This document shows positions 9,139 through 18,392 of a stretch of 35,944 nt of DNA, piece after piece (the stretch's first letter is position 1; the number at the start of each line of letters is the position of its first letter). The notes under the pieces were generated by a model, which saw nothing but the letters and a program-made list of their open reading frames with translations, was not told the DNA's origin and ran no database searches. Source of the stretch: Rhabdothermincola salaria (GTDB lineage Bacteria > Actinomycetota > Acidimicrobiia > Acidimicrobiales > Acidimicrobilacustridaceae); NCBI RefSeq assembly GCF_021246445.1, contig NZ_JAJQXW010000004.1, forward strand, positions 248,001 through 283,944. Reading direction: 5' to 3'. The position numbers were made by a program, and so were the translations under genes.

Positions 9139-10323
9139 TCAGGCGACCGTCTCGACGAGCAGGGCGTCGCCCTGGCCGCCGCCGCCGCAGAGGGCCGCCG
9201 CGCCCTTGCCGCCACCACGCCGCTGGAGCTCCATGAGCAGGTGCAGCAGCACCCGGTTGCCCGACATCCCGATGGGGTGGCCGAGGGCGATGGCCCCGCC
9301 GTTGATGTTGGTGACCTCGTTGGTGATGCCGAGGGTGTCCATGGAGGCGATGCCGACGGCGGCGAAGGCCTCGTTGAGCTCGAACAGGTCGAGATCGCCC
9401 ACGTTCATGCCGGCCCGGGCCAGGGCCTTGTTGATGGCGTTGGCGGGCTGGTTGAGCAACGACGCATCAGGACCGGCGACCTGCCCGAAGCCGAGGATGC
9501 GACCGAGCGGCGTCACGCCGAGGCGTTCGGCGACGGCTTCGGAGCACACGACCATGGCCGAACCCCCGTCGGAGATCTGCGAGGCGTTGCCGGCCGTGAT
9601 GTTGCCGGCCTTGTCGAAGGCGGGTCGCAGGGCACCCAGGCTCTCGGCGGTGGTGCCGGGTCGCACCCCTTCGTCCTCGCGGAACACCACCGGGTCGCCC
9701 TTGCGCTGGGGGATCTCGACCGGCGTGATCTCGTCGTCGAACAGGCCGTCCTTCTGGGCCTTGGCCGCCCGCTCGTGGCTGAGGGCGGCGAGCTCGTCCT
9801 GGGCCTCGCGGGAGATCCCGGCGCTGGCCGCGTACTTCTCGGTGCCCGCCCCCATGGCGCACTGGTCGATGGCGCAGAACAGCCCGTCGTACATCATCGA
9901 GTCGACGACGGAGGCATCGCCCAGGCGGTAGCCCTGACGGGCGCCCGGCAGCAGGTAGGGGGCGTTGGTCATCGACTCCATGCCGCCGGCCACCACGATC
10001 TCGGCTTCGCCCGTCTGGATCATCATGTCGGCCACGTGCACGGCGTTGAGACCAGAGAGGCAGACCTTGTTGATGGTGGTGGCGGGAACCTCGAGGGGGA
10101 CCCCACCGGCGATGGCCGCCTGGCGGGCGGTGAGCTGGCCGGCGCCGGCGAGCAGCACCTGGCCCATGAGCACGGCGTCGACCTGGTCGCCGGAGATGCC
10201 GGCCCGCTCGAGTGCGGCCTTGATGGCGATGCCACCGAGGTCGGTGCCCTGGAAGCCGGCGAGGGCGCCGGAGAGCTTGCCGATGGGCGTACGTGCGCCC
10301 GTGAGGATGACGGATCCAGCCAT
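9139..10323 (-). CDS. Acetyl-CoA C-acetyltransferase (thiolase)
   Basis: ARTPIG, INKVCLSG, GGMESM, NEAFAA, GAIALGHPIG, ALCGGGGQG; SD GGAGG upstream. Confidence 0.95.
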   Translation of the reverse strand: MAGSVILTGARTPIGKLSGALAGFQGTDLGGIAIKAALERAGISGDQVDAVLMGQVLLAGAGQLTARQAAIAGGVPLEVPATTINKVCLSGLNAVHVADMMIQTGEAEIVVAGGMESMTNAPYLLPGARQGYRLGDASVVDSMMYDGLFCAIDQCAMGAGTEKYAASAGISREAQDELAALSHERAAKAQKDGLFDDEITPVEIPQRKGDPVVFREDEGVRPGTTAESLGALRPAFDKAGNITAGNASQISDGGSAMVVCSEAVAERLGVTPLGRILGFGQVAGPDASLLNQPANAINKALARAGMNVGDLDLFELNEAFAAVGIASMDTLGITNEVTNINGGAIALGHPIGMSGNRVLLHLLMELQRRGGGKGAAALCGGGGQGDALLVETVA

Positions 10324-10443
10324 GGGTTCCCTCCCGAGGGTGACAGGGTCGTCAGTGTAGGGACGCGGGGCCGGGGTCAGCCAGCGCAACGCCCCCCGGC
10401 GAGACGGTCGACGGCGGCTCGGGACCCCGACGACACGCCGGGA

Positions 10444-11139
10444 TCAACCCAGATCGCGTCGGTTGGCGCGCAGGGCCTCGCGCTGGCCGGCCGGGTCGCC
10501 GGGCCACGACGGCGCGTCGGCGGCCGCCCGGGCCGCCCGGCCGACGGCGGCTCGCACCATGCGACCGACGGGGTCGCCGCCGCCTGCCCTCGGATCGGCC
10601 ATCGGCGGCTCGGAGATGGAGGGCGCCCCGGCATCAGCCGATCGACCACTGCCCCCCAGAGGCACCACGCGCCCGTCGCCGTGGTTGCCCCCTTGGGGGG
10701 AGAGGTCGACCGGATCGACGGCCGCATCGAGGTCGGCGGGACCGGCGGCCGCATCGAGGTCGGCGGTGAGGTCGACGAGGGCGTTGGGCGACGAGGCGAG
10801 CTGTTCGATGGTGGTCTCGAGCTCGCGTCGGGCGGCGACGAGGCGACCGAGTGTCCCGTCGGCCGACCGTCGCACCTGCTCGGCCTCGGCCGTGAGCTCG
10901 CGGGCCTGACGCTCGGCCTCGGCGACGAGGTCGGCGGCCCGCTCCCGTTCGTGGCGGGCCAGCGCCTCGGCCTCGGCGGCCTCCACCCGAGCGCGGGCGA
11001 CGAGCGCATCGGCATCGGCCTGGGCCCGGGCTCGCGTGGCCGCGGCCTCCACCTCGGCGCGCCCGATGATGGCGTCGGCCTCGGCCCGCGCCCGCGCCAG
11101 CAGGGCGGTGGCATCGATGTCGTCGGGGGTGGGGCCCAT
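10444..11139 (-). CDS. Ala/Glu/Arg-rich coiled-coil protein (DivIVA C-terminal/FilP/Scy-like)
   Basis: SD GAGGAGG before ATG 11139; 11-residue periodic repeats ARAEADAIIGR / AEVEAAATRAR / AQADADALVAR / ARVEAAEAEAL. Confidence 0.7.
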   Translation of the reverse strand: MGPTPDDIDATALLARARAEADAIIGRAEVEAAATRARAQADADALVARARVEAAEAEALARHERERAADLVAEAERQARELTAEAEQVRRSADGTLGRLVAARRELETTIEQLASSPNALVDLTADLDAAAGPADLDAAVDPVDLSPQGGNHGDGRVVPLGGSGRSADAGAPSISEPPMADPRAGGGDPVGRMVRAAVGRAARAAADAPSWPGDPAGQREALRANRRDLG

Positions 11140-11308
11140 CAGTGCCTCCTCGCGCCGCACGAGCCGAACGCTGTGCGTGACGGGCATGCTCACACTACCC
11201 AGGGTGGTCGGTTGATGTGCGGACCGGGTGGGGCCTCCCGGAGGCCCTTCGGTGACGACCGCGTCAGCTTCCTGGCACGGCGACCCGGGACGCCGCTACC
11301 TTGCCGCC

Positions 11309-12649
11309 ATGCAGCCCATCCTCGACGCCATCTCGGCCGGTGCCTCCTCCGAGGAGTTCGCCGCCCTGGAACTGCCGGAGTCCTACCGGGCCGTGGTCGT
11401 CCGCAAGGACGAACAGACCATGTTCGAGGGCATGGACTCGGCCGACAAGGACCCCCGCCGCGCCCTACACGTCCAGGAGATCGCGCGCCCGGAGCTGGCG
11501 CCCGACGAGGCGGTCATCGCGGTGATGGCCAGCTCCATCAACTTCAACACCGTGTGGACCTCGATCTTCGAACCGCTGCCCACGTTCGGGTTCCTCACGC
11601 GCCTCGGCAAGGAGAGCTACTGGGGCAAGCGCCACGACCAGGACTTCCACAACGTGGGGTCGGACGCGTCGGGTGTGGTGCTGCGCGTCGGCTCGGCGGT
11701 GCGCAAGTGGAAGCCGGGAGACAAGGTCGTGGTGCACTGCAACCACGTCGACGACCAGGACCCGTCGAGCCACAACGACTCGATGCTCGGCGACAACCAG
11801 CGCATCTGGGGCTTCGAGACCAACTACGGCGGTCTGGCCGACCTGTCGGTGGTGAAGGCCAACCAGCTGATGCCCAAGCCGGCCCACCTCACCTGGGAGG
11901 AGGCCGCCGTCAACGCCCTGTGCAACTCCACCAGCTACCGCATGCTGGTCTCACCGCACGCCGCCGCCATGAAGCAGGGCGACGCCGTGCTCGTCTGGGG
12001 GGCCACCGGAGGTCTCGGCGGCTACGCGGTGCAGTACGTGCTCAACGGCGGGGGGACGCCCGTCGGGGTGGTCTCCTCACCCGAGAAGGCCGAGCTGCTG
12101 CGTGACCTCGGTTGCGAAGCCGTCATCGACCGCAAGGCCGCCGGCTATCGCTTCTGGGCCGACGAGCACACCCAGGACGAAGCCGAGTGGCGCCGTCTCG
12201 GCAAGGACATCCGGGGGCTGATCGGCCGCGACGTCGACATCGTCTTCGAGCACCCGGGACGTCAGACGTTCGGGGCGTCGGTGTTCGTGGCCGCCCGGGG
12301 CGGCACCATCGTCACCTGTGCCGCCACCAGCGGCTTCATGATCGAGTACGACAACCGCCACCTCTGGATGAAGCTCAAGCGCATCGTGAGCTCGCACTTC
12401 GCCAACTACGCCGAGGCCTGGGCCGCCAACGAGCTCATCCGGCAGGGCAAGGTGCAACCCATCCTGTCGGCCGTCTACCCCCTCACCGAGACGGGCGAAG
12501 CCGCCTACCAGGTGCACAAGAACCTCCACGAAGGCAAGATCGGGGTGCTGTGCCTGGCTCCCGAGGAGGGGTTGGGCATCGACGATCCCGAGTTCCGCGC
12601 CCAGGTCGGCGAAGATCGCATCACCGCCTTCCGCCGTCACGGCGCCTGA
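11309..12649 (+). CDS. ccrA: Crotonyl-CoA carboxylase/reductase
   Basis: VMASSINFNTVW, GSDASGVV, RIWGFETNYGGLA, QLMPKP.HLTWEEAA, WGATGGLG, VFEHPG, YDNRHLWM, SHFAN. Confidence 0.96.
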   Translation: MQPILDAISAGASSEEFAALELPESYRAVVVRKDEQTMFEGMDSADKDPRRALHVQEIARPELAPDEAVIAVMASSINFNTVWTSIFEPLPTFGFLTRLGKESYWGKRHDQDFHNVGSDASGVVLRVGSAVRKWKPGDKVVVHCNHVDDQDPSSHNDSMLGDNQRIWGFETNYGGLADLSVVKANQLMPKPAHLTWEEAAVNALCNSTSYRMLVSPHAAAMKQGDAVLVWGATGGLGGYAVQYVLNGGGTPVGVVSSPEKAELLRDLGCEAVIDRKAAGYRFWADEHTQDEAEWRRLGKDIRGLIGRDVDIVFEHPGRQTFGASVFVAARGGTIVTCAATSGFMIEYDNRHLWMKLKRIVSSHFANYAEAWAANELIRQGKVQPILSAVYPLTETGEAAYQVHKNLHEGKIGVLCLAPEEGLGIDDPEFRAQVGEDRITAFRRHGA

Positions 12650-12673
12650 CCCCACCCCCCGAGGAGCACCCCC

Positions 12674-13150
12674 ATGAGCATCTCCACCCGCCGCCCCGGA
12701 GACGAGGACCCCGGCGTGCAGTCCACCCAGTCGGGGGCCACCCGGCCGCTGCTCACCGAGATCGATCACATCGCCATCGCCGTGCCCGACCTCGGCGAGG
12801 GCATCGACTACTACCGCGAGACCTTCGGCGCCACCGTCGAGCACCGCGAGGTGGTCGAGAGCGACGGGGTCGAGGAGGCCCTCCTGCGGGTGGCGGAGAG
12901 CTACGTGCAGCTCCTCACCCCCACCCGACCGGACTCCACCGTCGCCAAGTGGCTCGACAAGAAGGGCGGCCCGGGCATCCACCACGTGGGCTACCGGGTG
13001 GCCGACTGCGCCGAGGCCCTCGACTCGGTGAAGCGCCAGGGCTTCCGTGTCCTCGACGAGGAACCCCGTCCGGGCTCCCGTGGCACCACCGTGGCGTTCA
13101 TCCACCCCAAGGACGCCCTCGGGACCCTCATCGAGCTCGTCCAGGAGTGA
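12674..13150 (+). CDS. mce: Methylmalonyl-CoA / ethylmalonyl-CoA epimerase (VOC fold)
   Basis: IDHIAIAV, VQLL.P, GIHHVGYRV, PGSRG..VAFIHPK..GTLIELVQE; SD GAGGAG; directly after ccrA. Confidence 0.93.
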   Translation: MSISTRRPGDEDPGVQSTQSGATRPLLTEIDHIAIAVPDLGEGIDYYRETFGATVEHREVVESDGVEEALLRVAESYVQLLTPTRPDSTVAKWLDKKGGPGIHHVGYRVADCAEALDSVKRQGFRVLDEEPRPGSRGTTVAFIHPKDALGTLIELVQE

Positions 13151-13214
13151 CCACACCGGGCCGCGGCGAGCGCCCGGCCCGGCCGCCGAGACGTCGCCGG
13201 GTCGGGGCGAGGGG

Positions 13215-13796
13215 CTAGGCGCAGTTCACGCCCCGCCAGCGATCGACCTCGCTGGCGGCGGCACCGACCTCGCCCTGCGCCGGGTAGGTGTCGATGCGCC
13301 GGCGGGCATCGGCCGCGCTCGACGTCCCCCGAACCTCGTCGGCCAGCCACCCGGTGAAGTCGGCCAGCACCACGAGCGGCTCCGACAGCGCCGCGGGGGC
13401 ACCCGGCTGGGCCGAGGCATAGAGCGCCGCGTCACGCCGGGCGTCCATCTCCACCCGCATCCTCTCGTCGGGCCAGCTCACGCCGTCGCGGGGGATCAGG
13501 TCGGGGACGGGCAGCACCTCGGCGAGGACGACGCAGACATCCACCGAGCCGGCACCCCCGGGCGCGGGCGGAGCGGGAGGGACGACCGAAGGGGCAGGGG
13601 CGGGGGGCGCGGTCGTTGGTTCGGGCACCGTCGTGGTCGTGGTCGTCGTGGTGGTGACGACGGTGGTCGTCGACGACGTCGAGGTCGAGGTGGTGGTCGT
13701 GGCGGCGGCGTCGTCGCCTCCGCTCGAGCAGCTCGAGGCGAGCACCACCACGGCGAGCAGGGCGACGAGGGCGAGCGGGCGGCGGAGCAGCGACAT
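13215..13796 (-). CDS. Putative lipoprotein with Thr/Pro-rich linker
   Basis: Signal peptide with lipobox-like LASSC, poly-Thr linker, C-terminal domain bracketed by two Cys. Alternative start GTG 13799. Confidence 0.7.
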   Translation of the reverse strand: MSLLRRPLALVALLAVVVLASSCSSGGDDAAATTTTSTSTSSTTTVVTTTTTTTTTVPEPTTAPPAPAPSVVPPAPPAPGGAGSVDVCVVLAEVLPVPDLIPRDGVSWPDERMRVEMDARRDAALYASAQPGAPAALSEPLVVLADFTGWLADEVRGTSSAADARRRIDTYPAQGEVGAAASEVDRWRGVNCA

Positions 13797-13911
13797 CACG
13801 GCCGACTCTAGGCACGCCGCCGGGCGGCGGGGGGCCACCCACCGCCCAGCTCCCGGCGGCCGCGCCCCGGCGAGCGCTCGACGGGGGTCGTCCCGCTACG
13901 GTGCTGGGCCC

Positions 13912-15330
13912 ATGAGCGGTCGCACCTTCACCGTCGCCGAGCTGGTGGGCGAGGTGGCCACCGTCCTCGAGGAGCGCCTCGGTGGGGGCTTCTGGCTCCA
14001 GGGCGAGGTGGCCGGCCTGACCCGCAGCCGGGGCGGCCACGTGTACTTCGACCTCGTCGAGCGGCCCGCCGACGGTGCCGCCCCGACCGCCGCGGTGCCG
14101 GTGGTGTTGTGGTCGTCGGTCCGCGACCGGGTCAACCTGCACCTGCGCCGGGCCGGCAGCATCCGCATCGAGGACGGGGTGCGCATCCGGATCTCCGGGC
14201 GCCTGGAGCTCTACGAACCCAAGGGGCGACTGCAGGTGCAGATGCAGGGCATCGACCCCACGTACACGCTGGGGCTGCTCGCCAGCGAGCGCGACCGCGT
14301 CCTGCAGGTGCTCGAGACCGAGGGCCTCTTGCATCGCAACCGCCGCATGGAGATCCCACCGCTGCCCCTCCGAGTGGGGCTCGTCACCGCGGCCGGCAGC
14401 GCCGCCGAGGCCGACGCCCTCCAGACCCTCACCGACAGCGGTCTGGCGTGGAGGGTGCTCCACGTCGACGCACGGGTCCAGGGGGTCGGGGCCGCCGAGC
14501 AGGTGGCGGCCGCCCTGCGCACGGCCGCGGCCTGGGGCGTCGACGTCGTCGCCCTCGTGCGTGGGGGCGGCGCCCGCACCGACCTGGCCACCTTCGACCA
14601 CGAGGTGGTGGCCCGAGCCATCGCCACGCTCGACGTCCCCGTGGTCACCGGCATCGGCCACGAGACCGACCAGAGCCTGGCCGACCTCGTCGCCCACCTC
14701 AGCGAGCGCACGCCCACGGCCTGCGCCGCCGCCCTGGTGGCCCACGTCCGCCGCACCCACGAGCGCGCCGAGGCGGCCTGGGCCGACGTCGCCCTCCGAT
14801 CGTTCGACCTCCTGTCCCGGAGCCACGCCGCCCACGAGCACCGTGCCCGCCGGGTGGCGCGCTCGGCCCAGGCCCTGCTGACCCTCGAGAGCCGACACCT
14901 CGACCGCACCGCGGAGCACCTCGGGCGGCGGGCCCCCAGCGCCGTCGCCGCCGCCTCCGCCCGGGTGGAACGAGCGGCCGGGAGCATCGACGCCGCCAGC
15001 CGGGCCCACCTGCGCACCCACGAACGGCACCTCACCGGCGCCACCGCCGTGCTGGGCCGTGCCGCACCCCGCTCGGTGCGCCACACCGAGGCCGCGCTCG
15101 AGGCCCTCGCCGCCCGCGTGGTCGCCCACGATCCCGCTCGCGCCCTGGCCCGGGGGTGGTCGGTGACACGCCGGGCGGACGGCCGAGTCGTGCGCCGCGC
15201 CGCCGATCTCGCCGCCGGCGACACCGTCGTCACCACCGTCGCCGACGGCCGCTTCCGAGCCACGGTGGACGACCCGCCCGCGGTCCCGCCGGACCCGACA
15301 CCGAGGGAGACTGGCCCCGATGGCCGCTGA
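13912..15330 (+). CDS. xseA: Exodeoxyribonuclease VII large subunit
   Basis: WLQGEV..GHVYFDL, ARVQG, VRGGG..DL..F, VVTGIGHETD, TPTA, DP..LARGWS. Confidence 0.95.
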   Translation: MSGRTFTVAELVGEVATVLEERLGGGFWLQGEVAGLTRSRGGHVYFDLVERPADGAAPTAAVPVVLWSSVRDRVNLHLRRAGSIRIEDGVRIRISGRLELYEPKGRLQVQMQGIDPTYTLGLLASERDRVLQVLETEGLLHRNRRMEIPPLPLRVGLVTAAGSAAEADALQTLTDSGLAWRVLHVDARVQGVGAAEQVAAALRTAAAWGVDVVALVRGGGARTDLATFDHEVVARAIATLDVPVVTGIGHETDQSLADLVAHLSERTPTACAAALVAHVRRTHERAEAAWADVALRSFDLLSRSHAAHEHRARRVARSAQALLTLESRHLDRTAEHLGRRAPSAVAAASARVERAAGSIDAASRAHLRTHERHLTGATAVLGRAAPRSVRHTEAALEALAARVVAHDPARALARGWSVTRRADGRVVRRAADLAAGDTVVTTVADGRFRATVDDPPAVPPDPTPRETGPDGR

Positions 15331-15643
15331 CGACACCGAACCCGCCACGACCGCCGGAGACGACCCGGAGGGGCTCGGCTACGCCGAGGCCGTCACCGAG
15401 CTCGAGGAGATCCTGGCCCAGCTCGACGGCGACGAGATCGACGTCGACCACCTGGCCACCCAGGTGCGCCGGGCGGCCTCGCTCATCGCCCTGTGCCGCG
15501 AGCGCCTCGGTGCCGCTCGCGTCGAGGTGACCCGCATCGTGGCCGACCTCGACCTGGCGGCGCCCACCGTCGTCGACGACGGCGAGCTGGCCCTCGACGA
15601 CGCCGACGACGCCGACGGGGACCCCGAGGACGACGACGGGTGA
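15320..15643 (+). CDS. xseB: Exodeoxyribonuclease VII small subunit with acidic tail
   Basis: YAEAVTELEEILAQL...LIALCRERL; overlaps the end of xseA. Confidence 0.92.
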   Translation: MAADDTEPATTAGDDPEGLGYAEAVTELEEILAQLDGDEIDVDHLATQVRRAASLIALCRERLGAARVEVTRIVADLDLAAPTVVDDGELALDDADDADGDPEDDDG

Positions 15644-16704
15644 TCCCGGCGCCTCGGGAGGCACCACCCGCCCTGCGGTCGGTGGCCGGGCCGGTCGAGG
15701 ACCGGCTCCGATCGGTGCTCGACGCCGAGACCCTCCGCTGGGCCGAGGTCGACCCCGACCTCGCCGCCCCGCTCGAAGCCCTCACCCGCTTCGTCCTCGA
15801 CGGTGGGAAGCGCCTGCGTCCGGCGTTCTGCCACTGGGCCTACGTGGGAGCCGGCGGCGACGGGGGCGATGCCCTCGTGGTCGACACCGGCGCCGCCTTC
15901 GAACTCCTGCACGCCTTCGCCCTGGTCCATGACGACGTCATGGACGGTTCGGACACCCGACGTGGCGAACGCACCGTCCACCTCGAGTTCGGCGACCGGC
16001 ACGCCCGGGAGGGTTGGCGGGGCGAGTCACGCCGCTTCGGCGAGGGGGTGGCGATCCTGGTCGGCGACCTCGCCGAGGTCTACGCCGACCGCCTCCTCCG
16101 CCCCGCCCCGCCCGAGGCGCGGGCCGTGTGGCACGAGCTGAAGGTGGAGCTCAACGTGGGCCAGTACCTCGACGTGCTGGGCACCGCCCGGCCCGGCACG
16201 GACCTGGCGACCGCGCATCGCATCGCCCGCTACAAGTCCGGCAAGTACACGATCGAGCGACCGCTGCACGTGGGCGCGGCGCTGGCCGGACGCCACGACG
16301 ACCTGGCCCCTGCGCTGTCGGCGTACGGCGCCCCGCTGGGCGAGGCGTTCCAGCTGCGCGACGACCTCCTCGGCGTCTTCGGCGACCAGGCCCGCACCGG
16401 CAAGCCGGTGGGCGACGACCTCCGCGAGGGCAAGCCCACCCCGCTGCTGGCGACGGCGATCGACCGGGCTCGAGGCGCCGATGCCGAGCTCCTGCGGCGG
16501 GTCGGGGCGCCCGACCTGGCCGACGACGAGGTGACGGCTCTCCAGCAGGTGCTGGTGGCCACCGGAGCCCGGGAGCACATGGAGTCCACCATCGCCACCC
16601 TGACCGCCGAGGCCCTCGACGCGCTCGGACGCGCGCCCCTGCAGCCCGACGCGGTGGAGGCCCTCACCGACCTGGCCCACTACGTGGGCGCCCGCGACCT
16701 GTAG
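15640..16704 (+). CDS. Polyprenyl diphosphate synthase (IdsA/GGPP synthase-like)
   Basis: GGKRLRP, FARM LVHDDVMD..TRRG, GQYLD, KSGKYT, SARM FQLRDDLLG, GDDLREGK; GTGA overlap with xseB. Confidence 0.93.
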   Translation: MIPAPREAPPALRSVAGPVEDRLRSVLDAETLRWAEVDPDLAAPLEALTRFVLDGGKRLRPAFCHWAYVGAGGDGGDALVVDTGAAFELLHAFALVHDDVMDGSDTRRGERTVHLEFGDRHAREGWRGESRRFGEGVAILVGDLAEVYADRLLRPAPPEARAVWHELKVELNVGQYLDVLGTARPGTDLATAHRIARYKSGKYTIERPLHVGAALAGRHDDLAPALSAYGAPLGEAFQLRDDLLGVFGDQARTGKPVGDDLREGKPTPLLATAIDRARGADAELLRRVGAPDLADDEVTALQQVLVATGAREHMESTIATLTAEALDALGRAPLQPDAVEALTDLAHYVGARDL

Positions 16705-16726
16705 CTCCGGGGGGGGGCCGACCGCG

Positions 16727-17389
16727 TCAGGTGGCGGTGCGGGCGAGGTGGGCGACGGCCTCCTCGAGAGGCAGGTCGATCACGCCCACCGCGTCGGCCA
16801 CCGCCTCCACCCACGGGGGCCGGATGCGGGCGCTGACCACGATCGGGGCCTCGAGGTCGCTCTCCTCCACCACGAAGCGCAGGAAGTCCATGGCGTAGTC
16901 CGGCGGGCGCACGTCGCGGGAGAGCTCGAGCAGGGCGTACGGGTCGGGCGGCCCGGACGGCTGGGCCGGGAACGAGGTGACGTGGGGTGACGGTGGCTCC
17001 GGCCCCCCGCCGGCCAGCCCGGTGCCGTCGGCGAGGACGACACCGTGCACCAGGTGGGGCCGAGCACCCGCGATCAGCAGGGCCACCCAGGCGCCCAACC
17101 CCCGCCCGACGATGCACACCGGGCCGTGGACGGCGAGCACGGCGTCGACGTCGGCCATGAGGTTCTCAGGGGTGTACCCGCCGCCGGTGGGGATGTCGGA
17201 GGCGCCGTGGCCGGTGAAGTCGAGGCCGAGGACCGGGCCCGGCCAGGCCGCACTCCACGGCGGACGGGCGGTGCCCGTGCGGTCTCCCAGGCCGTGCAGC
17301 ACCAGGAGGGGGAGGCCCTCGCCCTCGGCCAGGACGTGCAGGGCCAGGCGGAGGCGACCGTTGGGGACGTGCTCGGTGCGGTGGCTCAT
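16727..17389 (-). CDS. Alpha/beta-hydrolase-fold protein lacking the nucleophile (GRGLG), probable pseudoenzyme
   Basis: LHGLG, LDFTGHGAS, elbow IVGRGLGAWVA; about 220 aa; ATGA overlap with the upstream hydrolase. Confidence 0.75.
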   Translation of the reverse strand: MSHRTEHVPNGRLRLALHVLAEGEGLPLLVLHGLGDRTGTARPPWSAAWPGPVLGLDFTGHGASDIPTGGGYTPENLMADVDAVLAVHGPVCIVGRGLGAWVALLIAGARPHLVHGVVLADGTGLAGGGPEPPSPHVTSFPAQPSGPPDPYALLELSRDVRPPDYAMDFLRFVVEESDLEAPIVVSARIRPPWVEAVADAVGVIDLPLEEAVAHLARTAT

Positions 17390-18312
17390 CGGAGGGGCTC
17401 CAGGAACTCGAGCACCAGATCGGCGATGAATCGAGGCTGTTCGATGTGCAGGAAGTGCCCGATGTCGTCGAAGTACTCGAGGCGTCCCCCCGGCGGGAGG
17501 TAGGGGGCCACGTCGTCCCGGCGGCTCTTCCACCCCATGGGGTCGTCCTGCACACCGGAGAGGACACCGAGGAAGGGCAGATCGAGGGCGGCCAGGTGCT
17601 CCATCGACCACTGAGGTCGCCAGGGCCCGAACCCGCCGAGGTGCAGGACGGGGTCGATCTTCCAGCGCCATCCCTCGGCGTCGCGACGGGCGCCCACGGT
17701 GACGAGGTACTCGAGCCACTCCCGCGACAACCGAGGGTTCATCGGGGCCCGCCGTTCGGCCAGTCCCCCGATCGTGTCGGGACGCCGTCGCAGCTCGTTG
17801 CGCCGGCGGCGACGGTCGAGCGACGCGGCGAGGTCGGCCCGCCGCATCCGTCGGCGCTCCCGGTCGTTGATGTCGGGCGCGGAGAACTGCGACGGGAGCC
17901 CGTCGAGGTTGACGAAGGCCCGGGCCAGCTGGGGTCGGGCGTCGAGCAGGTCGAGGAGCTGGCCCCCGCCCTTGGAGTGCCCGAGCAGGACGATCGGCTC
18001 GTCGAACAGCGCCGTGATGGCGCAGAAGTGGTCGCGGACGTCGGCGGGCCAGCTGTAGAGGTGGGCGTGCTCGGAGTCACCGTGGCCCCGGGCGTCCCAT
18101 GCGACGACCCGCCACCCGCCGTCGGCGAGCATGGGGCCGAAGACGTCGAAGGTGCGCGAGAAGTCGAAGCCGCCGTGCACCAGGGCCACGGCCGGCGCAT
18201 CCGCCTCACCCCACTCGTTGACCGCCAGGCGCAGCCCGCCCGCGTCCACCCACCCGGTGCGCTCCGGTGGACGCGCCCCGGGGAACGTACGTGTCTCGTC
18301 GTCGCCCTCCAC
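17386..18312 (-). CDS. Alpha/beta hydrolase
   Basis: LVHGG, WDARGHGDS, nucleophile GHSKGG, C-terminal GHFLHIEQP. Start GTG 18312 behind -10 TAAGGT. Confidence 0.85.
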   Translation of the reverse strand: MEGDDETRTFPGARPPERTGWVDAGGLRLAVNEWGEADAPAVALVHGGFDFSRTFDVFGPMLADGGWRVVAWDARGHGDSEHAHLYSWPADVRDHFCAITALFDEPIVLLGHSKGGGQLLDLLDARPQLARAFVNLDGLPSQFSAPDINDRERRRMRRADLAASLDRRRRRNELRRRPDTIGGLAERRAPMNPRLSREWLEYLVTVGARRDAEGWRWKIDPVLHLGGFGPWRPQWSMEHLAALDLPFLGVLSGVQDDPMGWKSRRDDVAPYLPPGGRLEYFDDIGHFLHIEQPRFIADLVLEFLEPLR

Positions 18313-18392
18313 GAGCGGGGACCTTACGAGACCACGGCACGACCAGCCCGCCGCCACGGGCCGAACCAGCCCCCCGCTACCCTCGAACGGCC

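Noticed and set aside
9103..12105. 1000-aa plus-strand ORF and many other long overlapping ORFs (e.g. 2423-4240, 13432-15348, 23523-25190)
   Set aside because: These are shadow frames of real genes caused by stop-codon scarcity in high-GC DNA; they have no recognisable motifs.
13630..13700. GTCGTG-type tandem repeats as CRISPR or VNTR
   Set aside because: They are the antisense of poly-Thr codons in a lipoprotein linker, with no repeat-spacer structure.
16709..16717. G9 homopolymer as a phase-variation tract
   Set aside because: It lies between two convergent stop codons, outside coding and promoter sequence.
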